Shown here: one piece after another, positions 55,822 through 64,000 of the stretch
How the letters are laid out: each line of letters begins with the position of its first letter
Position numbering within the stretch: the stretch's first letter is position 1
Assembly (NCBI GenBank): GCA_051294375.1
Contig: CM119267.1
Span: 24,048,111-24,112,110 of the forward strand
Reading direction: 5' to 3'
DNA: 64,000 nt
Source of the DNA: Paraspadella gotoi
Taxonomy: Eukaryota; Animalia; Chaetognatha
Position numbers and translations under genes: made by a program
Notes under the pieces: model-generated
Seen by the model: only the letters and a program-made list of their open reading frames with translations
Databases searched by the model: none
What the model was told of the DNA's origin: nothing

Positions 55822-58371
55822 TAATCTCTCACCCACCGGAGTGATCTGAGGTTCGCCTGGCAATTTTCCACAAGATCCCGAACCTACGACGTTTTTTCCG
55901 TACATCCCTTTAGCAGGAAGCGTGAGATCGGGAGCTACCTGTGGTTGTTGTGTTATTGTTGATGTTGTTGTTTTAGATGTTGCTGTGGTTATTGATGTTG
56001 TCAGTTTTTTCTGACGGTAAATAGTCCAAGCAACAAAATCTTAGTTTTCAAAATTTCTTATTCAATCTATTTATCTTAGAATCAATCTAGTATTGTTTGT
56101 TATAATGATTTTTGTTATTGTGCATCTGTATCATTGACTTGATATGAATAAAAGCACCTCATATCTAAAGAACGTGGGCGGCATCGGACATTCGTAGTCG
56201 AGCCAAAAATCTAGATGCTCGATCCGCCCGACGAACGGGCTGAAGACGATGTCGGCCGTTTTGCCCGTCACTTTGTCCACTTGCACAGTTTTTTCGGGCT
56301 GAGACCCCAACACGTAGAAGGGCTGTTTGATCGGGTCCGCGGCTTGCGCCGTCTGGGGGAATGCGTTAAATTCATTACGATAATAATTATCGAGAATTAT
56401 ATGTAGATCTGTGGATAAGGCGCTACGTGGGCTGAAGATGACTGTCCGTAACTCTATAACCCCCTCTAGCAGCCATGGAAACGGGTCCCTGGGCTTGGAA
56501 CCAGGCTTGAGGGTTTGCCATTCCCCCAAGGCGCTTACGGCCGTCCTCACGCTTCCCGCAGGGTAGGTACCGGGTTCAATCCCAACCCGGTACCTAGTGG
56601 TCATGAGCTGATGGCTTTCCTCAATGAGCCACCGGGTCACAACTGAAAGTGTCATGATTCTAGGCGGGGTGAACCTAGGCAATGCCCGACTACATGCCCC
56701 CCAGATTGTAACCCACCCTGCACTGCTTCCAGTGGAGGAGGGGAGCAATCTTCAGCTAGACCAAGGGCCTGGAATCAGAAGGTTGGATACGCTCGACAGG
56801 ATGGGCTCACCAGTGTGGATAAGGCGCTACGTGGGCTGAAGATGACTGTCCGTAACTTCTATAACCCCTCTAGCAGCCATGGAACGGGTCCCTGGCTTGG
56901 AACCAGGCTTGAGGGTTTTGCCATTCCCCCAAGGCGGCTTACGGCCGTCCTCATGCTTCCCGCAGGGTAGGTACCGGGTTCAATCCCAACCCGGTACCTT
57001 GTGGTCATGAGCTGATGGCTTTACTCAATGAGCCACCGGGTCACAACTGAAAGTGATTCTAGGCGGGGTGAACCTAGGCAATGCCGCGACTAACAGATCT
57101 ACAATCTCCAAACGAGTATAATCCATATTATTTACCATTATAATTAATGTATTCGTGCATCAATATGTATCATTACTTGATATGAATAAAAACACCTCAT
57201 TATACTGCCACCGACTGAGAATTTTCTTTTTATCCCATTTTCATTTTGACTTAACTTCAATCAATTCAGATTTTTACCAATAATTCATTGGCCAATCAAA
57301 TTACCCTTTGCTTGATCATGTACTGCCCGAATTTCGTTTTTTCCAGTTTTCCATCTTTGGTCCTCACGTTGTGAAAGGCCAAATAACCGGGCAGCTTTGA
57401 CTTGTCCGCCTTCCTCAGCGAACCTGGAAGGACATCAAAGTTTTTTAAATATTTTATAATTTTATTTTAATATATATTTATATTTTAAATTTCGTTATTT
57501 ATAATTCATGAAATCCTTTTACTAAAACTCTTCACCTCACTTCTCTATTTAGTTCTCAATTTAGTTCCATCCATTCCCATAGCTCCACTTCACCGATTCA
57601 CTTCACCCCAGAATCCTCACTTCACCATATTTTACTATTTCACTTCGCTTCACCCCAGAATCCTCACTTCAGAATTTCATATCACTTTTGCCAATAGCCT
57701 CATCTAACTCACTTTATCATATTACTTCACTCACTTCATCAACTTCCTTCACTCCGACCAAATATCATCATTTTATCATCTCACTTCAAATTCTCCATCT
57801 CAACTCACTTCAATTACTTCGCCATCTCAACTCACTTTACTCACGTCGCCATTTCACTTCACACATTCTCCATCTCAACTCACTTCGCCATCTTATTTCA
57901 CACATTCTACATCTCAACTCACTTCACTCACTTTGCCATCCCACTTCACTCACTCCTAAGATCGTGATCGACTTTGGCGCAAAACAAAAGTCGAGTTGAT
58001 TTTCCTCGCGGAATCGAAATCTCGATTTTTCGACTCACGAATTTTTTTCTCATTTCTTCGCTTGTGAAATTGTAATCGGCGGGAACGAACCTGATTGGTT
58101 GAGAGGACGAGAGTTGATGAGTGTGATTGGTCGATTGGGGTGGATAGTCATTAGTTGAAAAAATTACAATGATTATTGCCAAAATAGCTTCTTTGTGAAA
58201 CATAAAAAACCGAAAGGGTTCGATGATAACTCAATAACTAACATAAAATTACTTTAATAGTTGTAAATCATGTTTGTTTGTCCATAATTTATGTACCTCT
58301 CTGTAAAAGTATGTATTGTTAATTTGTTGACTGTCACATTTTTGAGCATATTACCATGAATCAAATAAAAA

Positions 58372-58424
<53 letters not shown>

Positions 58425-60481
58425 ACTGTCGTCCTTGGATGTAGATCTTAAAAGGTTCGACTTGAAAGATAAACTGAGGAGTTTTGTGTTTCTTCGGAAG
58501 AAGAAGATTATCGAAGACGGTAAAGACAGTCATCGGATCTGAGGGAGGAGAGAAGGAGAGAGGGAGGGGAGAGAGGGGGAGGAAGAGAGGAAGAGAGGGG
58601 GTAAGATGGAGAGCGAAGGGAACGAGGAAGAAAGGGAGAGAGGCGAGAGAGAGAAGGGATAGATAGGGGAAAGAGAGTGGGAGAGCGGGGAGGGAGAGCG
58701 GGAGGAAGGGAGAAAACAAGATGAAGAGAAAGATTCTCGCAACGACTCCTCCTCTTCACTATTAATAAAAAATGGGGCTTTTTGGAAAATAGTGCCGATT
58801 ATTTCTTTATATTAAAAAAAAAAAACCTTAGAAACTTCTCACTTTCGGTCGACGTGTCTTCTGGTATGAAGAGAGTCACGTCCAGGGCGAACGCGCGATA
58901 AGTAGTCTTGTCCTCTGAAAGGGGTTGATAATGATAATATTAATAATAATGATAATGAGTTTAATGACAATGAGACCAATCGGTTTATCAATCCGTCGAT
59001 CAATCAGTTGAACAATCACTTGATCGATCAATCAGATAGTTAATCGATTTATCGATTGGTTAATTTTGATATTTGACAATTCTTTTGATAGATAACTATT
59101 TTTTAACAATCATCACCATCATCATCATTCACCGCATCAACTCCAGCTTAGTGGTCACTCCATCAAATTCACCGTTCTCAGCTGCGGCGATGAGAGATTT
59201 TGTTCCGTTGACCATCACGAATCCATCGCCTTTGAAGGAGAGGGAACAGGATTCGCGAGCTGAGGAGGAAGAGGAGGAGGAAGGGGAGGAGGAAGAGGAG
59301 AAGGAAGGGGAGGAGGAAGGGGAGGAGGAAGAGAAAGAGAAAGAAAAGGAGGAGGAAGAGGAAGAGAAGGAGGAAGAGAAGGAGGGAGAGACGGAAAGGG
59401 GGAAAGAGTTGCAATCTTTGTGTCTCTCTCTTAGTCTTAATCTCTTTCTCTTTTTGTCTCTCTCTCTCTCTTTCTGTCTCTCTCTCTCTCTCTTAAATCT
59501 TTCTTTCTTTCTTTTCCTCCTTTCTCTCTCTCCCATCTCTCTCTCTCATCTCTCTCTCATTCTATCTTTCTCTTTCTTTATTTCTTTTTCTCCCTCTCTC
59601 TCTCTACTTTTTTCTTTCTCTGTTCCTGTTTCTATTTCTCTCCCTGTTTCTGCTGCTCTCCCTCCCTCTCTCTCCTCCCCCCCCCCTCTCTCTTCTCTCT
59701 TCTCTCTCTCTCTCTCTCTCATTCAGCTCTCCTCTCTCTCACCAGAGTCGGCAGTTCTCCCATTGCCACTCCGCTTAATTCCCTCCGATTGTTTCACTCT
59801 ATTTTTTTCCTTTCGTCTTTTGTGATGTTTTCGTTCGTGGAGTTTATGTTTTTCGTGTTTATGTTTATGTTCCTTTCGTTTATGTTCTTTGCGTTTATGT
59901 TCTTGTTCTTCATGTTCTTTATGTTTATGTTCTCGATGTTTTCTTTTTCGATGCGTCGATTCTTCTTCATCCTCGTCTTCAACGGCGACGGCGTTTCGAT
60001 GCTGTTTTATTTCCTGCTCTTGTTGTTGCTCTTCTTGTTGTTCCTGCTTCTGTTGTATTTGTTCTTGTTGCTGTTGTTGTAGTTCTTGTTGTTGTTGTTG
60101 TTTCTCCGCCTCCAACGCCAACTGATAAAGGTCTTCGATTTCTGCGCGAATGTGTTGAACTTTTGAGAGGAAATCCGCATCGATCGGCGTCGCTGGTTGA
60201 GAATTGGGATTGCTCGGCGTCGCTGGTTGAAAATTGGGAGCGAGCAGAGTTTTTTGTTGTTTTACTTAGATTTTTAAAATCTTTCTTCTATTGTGAAAGA
60301 GTAACAATATTATTTCCAAATAGTTTAGCAAATAAAACCCAAAAAATTACTACCCTATCACAATTCCCTACCATTTCTGCTCACAATCACCGTTCACCGA
60401 AATCCGCGTTAACATCCGAAACCAAAGTATGACGGTTACCATGCCAACCGTTGTCGTTATCCTCGTCTTCGTCGTCCTCAT
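53962..60481 (-). CDS. Single-pass membrane protein with a divergent LamG/ConA-like domain, paralog B (apparently complete)
   Basis: Exons: 60481-60391 (signal-like), about 60264-59743 (Gln- and His/Lys-rich), ARESCSLSFKGDGFVMVNG (about 59259), YRAFALDVTLFIP (about 58914), PMTVFTVFD..FQVEPFKIYIQGR (about 58538), FVPADYNF..IPRGKSTRLLFCA (about 58090), KLPGYLAFHN (about 57423), PFYVLGS..PFVGRIEHLDFWLDYECP (about 56351-56158), VAPDL..SCGKLP (about 55938-55837), TM AIAAWVAGLVLGVAVVAGVFIFIAVM (about 54879-54608), and an acidic tail ending at 53962. Confidence 0.72.
56410..57095 (-). mobile_element. TRIM (terminal-repeat retrotransposon in miniature), non-coding, intronic
   Basis: Direct repeats 56410-56694 and 56814-57095, each TG..CA; 4-bp TSD GATC (56406-56409 / 57096-57099); 119-bp internal region with PBS-like TGGTGAGCCC next to one LTR and PPT-like GGGGGGCA next to the other, both on the minus strand. 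Confidence 0.88.
56456..56545 (-). ncRNA. Twister-ribozyme-like motif inside the TRIM LTR (also about 56861-56947 and 60746-60833)
   Basis: Consensus of the copies: TAAGCC-GC-CTTGGGGG..CCCTCAAG-CCTGG-TTCCAAGC-CCAGG..GGCT-GCTA-GAGGGGG, matching the twister order P2/T2/P3/P4/L4/GAGGG. The L1 register is non-canonical. Confidence 0.4.
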
Positions 60482-60698
60482 CGTCGTTGTCCTCGTCGTC
60501 GTTGTCTTTTCAAATATATGATTGCATTTTGTTCTTCTGTTTCAAATTTTTAATACTTAACGCGTTGAAAGTAAAACTCGATGGGAAAAAGAGAAGATAT
60601 TTTTTGGAATCGAAAATCTTTAGAACTGAAGTGGAAGGTTAATTACGATTCTGATATCTATCTATATATCTATCTATATATCTATATATCTATATATC

Positions 60699-60982
60699 TG
60701 TGGATAAGGCGCTAAGTGGGCTGAAGATGACTATCCGTAACTTCTATAACCCCCTCTAACAGCTATGGAACGGGTCCTGGGCTTGGAACGCGGCTTGAGG
60801 GTTTTCCACGCCCCCAAGGCGGCTCACGGCCGTCCTCACACTTCCCGCAGGGTAGGTACCGGATTGGGATTGAACCAGGTACCTAGTGGTCACGAGCTGA
60901 TGGCTTTTCTCAATGAGCCACCGGGTCACGTCTGAAGGTGTCATGCTTAGAGGCGGGGTGAACTTTGCAATGCCCGACTACA
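60699..60982 (-). mobile_element. Solo LTR of the same TRIM family
   Basis: TGTGGATAAG..CCCGACTACA, collinear with 56410-56694 and flanked by TATC on both sides within a (TATC)n tract. Confidence 0.88.
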
Positions 60983-61276
60983 TATCTATCTATCTATCTA
61001 TCTAACTATCTATCTATCTCTTTTAAAAGTTTTATTTCTTTTCCGCCAACAATTTGTTAAAAAGAAGCGGTTGAAAAACATATAAACGTCTTTATCATTT
61101 AAAGTAATAATAACGAAATCCACGTGTTTATTCGCCGAAAATTTTTGAAAATTAACAATTAACGTGAAAACATTGTAAATCACATGGTAGTGAACGAAAG
61201 AATATGTTTTAAATTCCACTCAATTTTTCCTTGCGCGATGTCGAAGATAGCAGATATGACGTCAAATAAACCGTTT

Positions 61277-62678
61277 TTAATTGTCATGTGGTTGTTGTTT
61301 CAACTGTTGTTTTTGTTGTAGTCGTCTCTCTCGCTCTCTCTTTTTCTCCTCTTCCTCCTCCTCCTTAGACGCAACTCGTTGATTGTCATGTTGTTGTTGC
61401 TGTTGTTGTTGTTTTAACATTTGTTTTTGTTGTATTCGTCGTATCTCTCGCTCTCTCTTTTTCTCCTCTTCTTCCTCCTTAGACGCTACTCGTTGATTGT
61501 CATGTTGTTGTTGTAGTTGTTTTAACTGTTGTTTTTGTTGTATTTGTCGTCTCTCTCGCTCTCTCTTTTCCTCCTCCTCTTCCTCCTCCTCCTTAGACGC
61601 CACGCGCTGATAACCTTTCCAATTCTCGTTGTTCTTGTTCTTGTCGTTGTTATCGTTTCGATTGTTGTAGTTCTTAATATTCCCCAGCCATCTCCTCCAC
61701 CTCCTCCTCATCCTCTTCCTCCTCCTCCTATTACTCTTCCTCCTACTCCTCCTCCTCCTGTTCTGATTCGCTTCTCCTTCCTCCCCTTCTCCCTCTCCCT
61801 CCCCTTCTCCCTCTTCCTCGTCCTTCTTCTTGAAGAAGAAGCCGATGAAGACGAAGGAAGCGACGAGGACGACGACGCCGCCGACGATCAGGCCGACGAC
61901 GCAGAGCAGCCCGCAGCCGCCGTCGCCCGGAGGGATCGGCTTCGTGGGCGGCGGGGGGCGGTTGCCGGCGGGAGGGCCGGGCTCTTTGGTCAAGCGGTGG
62001 GGCTGCGTTGGGGAGATAGATAAGGGGAAAGATAGAAAGAGCATAGTGGAGCGTAGTAGAGCATAGTAGGGTAACGGAACTAAATATCAACCAGAATTCA
62101 CTTTGTCTCCTCCAAAATAGGTATTTGAAAATATTTAACACTAGTTTTTAATTAAGGTAACTAGTTTTTCAAATAGAACACTATACAAGTGCAAAAATAA
62201 CATACCCTGTACGAAGTCAGGGACAAGTTAGCTTATTAGCAGTATTAATGTTATACAAGAAACAGTGATCCAGTGATAAAACGAAACAACAACAACAACA
62301 AAAACAACGAAATTTCCCGACCGGCTGCTGCGTCGCCGGCGGCGGCAGCAGCTTCCCGCAGGACGGATCGAGGACGACGTCGCGACCGAACATTTGAGAG
62401 ACGGGGAAAGAGAGATCCGGGCGTACCTGAAAATAAGGGGGGAGGAAGGGGGGTGGAGGGAGAGAGGGAGGAGGAACAGGGCAGGGAAAAGAGGGCGAAG
62501 GGACAGAGAAGGGAAGCGAGGGAAGCAGATAGAGAGGAAATCAAAGAGGAAAGGACGGAGAGAGGTAGGAAAAAAATAGGGATAGAGAAGAGGGAGAGGG
62601 ATAGAGATAAGGATAAGGATAAAGATAGGAGAAAAGCAGAAAATAATAGAAAGGAAAGGAATGGAATTAATTTCAGTA

Positions 62679-62737
<59 letters not shown>

Positions 62738-63792
62738 ATTTGACCAACCGGAGTCTTGAAGAACTCGTTCGGCACTGGACACTTGTAGTCGAGCCAAAAA
62801 TCGAACCGATCGATTGTCCCCTGGAATTTCTTGAAGTCGATCTCTTTGGCGTTGCCATTGACGACGGCGACCTTGTCCCTTTGCGTCCCGAAGAGATACT
62901 TGGGCGAGTAGACGGGAAGAGGGTCTTTGACTTTCTATATAAATAGATAAGGGTTTATTTATATTATTATATTATATTATTATTTATATTTATAAATTCA
63001 TGTTGGAAAAAGATGATTTTATGCATTTTCGCTGAATGAACATTGTTCAGTCTGAAATAAATGATCATATTTGCCTTGATTGAAAGCTTCTTATTCTGTA
63101 AGAAGGATGAAGGCTTTAACTAAATATAGCCTGTCCAAAGTCAGAGGCAAGAAATGAGGCGCTCTCGGAAAAGAGTGCCTAGGAAGCGGTCACTGAAGGT
63201 CCGCAGCCCATACACCAGTTGGTGAAATGCCCCGCGCCCCGAGTATCACAGGCAATCCTCCCGTTGCCATAGCGTCACATTAAAGTTCTTGGTTTCCCTA
63301 CCGTTCAGCTCCACTGCTGCGGCTTTGCTATTTCGCCCAAGGCTTACAGACCATACATCTTGCTTGGTCGCCTCACCCCTTGTTCGAGCATGTAATCCGC
63401 ACGGTCCTTATCGTTGAGCTCAGCCTGAGACATGTTGTTGATCGCCATGTACCCGGGGAGCTTCAGTTGGTCTTCCTTTACCAATCTCTCTGGGAAAGAG
63501 AGAGAGAGTGAGAGAGTGAGAGGCAGACATAAAAGATGGGTAAAAGAGGGTTTTTATTCTGCAAAAAGTACTGAATTTCCTTCATTATTAATAAATAAAT
63601 TTATTTTATTTAAATATTTTTTATTAGCTACTTTTATCGCCTTTCTCACCTCTCCTGCTCTTGTACAGCGCTGCACAGATAAATATGTCCACCGGTTTAT
63701 CTCGAGGAATTTTCATGTCCAAATTTTTTTGAATTAATTTCGCTTGAAGATTTTGATTAGCGCCGTCGTACTTGAAATTGGCGGGCTTCATC
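61277..63792 (-). CDS. Single-pass membrane protein with a divergent LamG/ConA-like domain, paralog A (5' end outside the window)
   Basis: Exons MKPANFKY..IPRDKPVDIFICA (63792-63650), KLPGYMAINN (about 63489-63378), KYLFGT..KFQGTIDRFDFWLDYKCP (about 62933-62748), VRPDL..SCGKLLP (about 62426-62322) and a last exon with TM CGLLCVVGLIVGGVVVLVASFVFIGFFF ending at 61277. These correspond exon-for-exon to paralog B. Confidence 0.78.
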
Positions 63793-63819
63793 CTTTGAGA
63801 ATCGATAAAAGAGTAAATG

Positions 63820-63821
63820 AA

Positions 63822-63853
<32 letters not shown>

Positions 63854-64000
63854 AAATAGGAATAAACAAATAAGATGAATAAAATAAATAAATAAATTAA
63901 ATAAATAAATAATAAATAAATAAATAAATAAATAAAAAATAAATAAATAAAATAAATAAATAAATAAATAAATAAATTAAAAAAAATAATAAATAAATAA
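63820..64000. repeat. (TAAA)n microsatellite
   Basis: Imperfect tetranucleotide run to the window end. Confidence 0.9.

Noticed and set aside
56600-56660. Hammerhead-like CTGATG..GAAAG in the TRIM LTR (+ strand)
   Set aside because: The core is CTGATGG rather than CTGANGA, there is no stem III, and it is on the antisense strand of the element.

Overview
This is eukaryotic (invertebrate animal-like) genomic DNA: AT-rich, with GT-AG introns, dense microsatellites and clear signs of noisy long-read gap filling (25-N gaps, near-identical tandem blocks differing by 1-nt indels). Hand-spliced genes: (1) a + strand type I membrane protein with the architecture proline-poor collagen / ZP module / CCP / EGF / SEA / EGF / coiled coil / TM (1-6242, 5' end outside the window); (2) a small secreted CxC/Pro-rich protein (13796-14644); (3) a GlyR/GluCl-like Cys-loop channel subunit with an atypical pore helix (minus, 35039-31326, with a degraded duplicate); (4) three tandem minus-strand paralogous single-pass proteins with a divergent LamG/ConA-like domain (about 36.5-63.8 kb). 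Mobile DNA: an intronic 187-bp palindrome carrying a minimal Penelope-type hammerhead ribozyme, a 5'-truncated CRE-like retrotransposon, a ~170-bp dispersed repeat, and a 686-bp TRIM (two LTRs, PBS, PPT, 4-bp TSD) plus a solo LTR. Each LTR contains a twister-ribozyme-like fold, making it a candidate retrozyme-like system. All domain and RNA-family calls are by-eye motif recognition, not database results.
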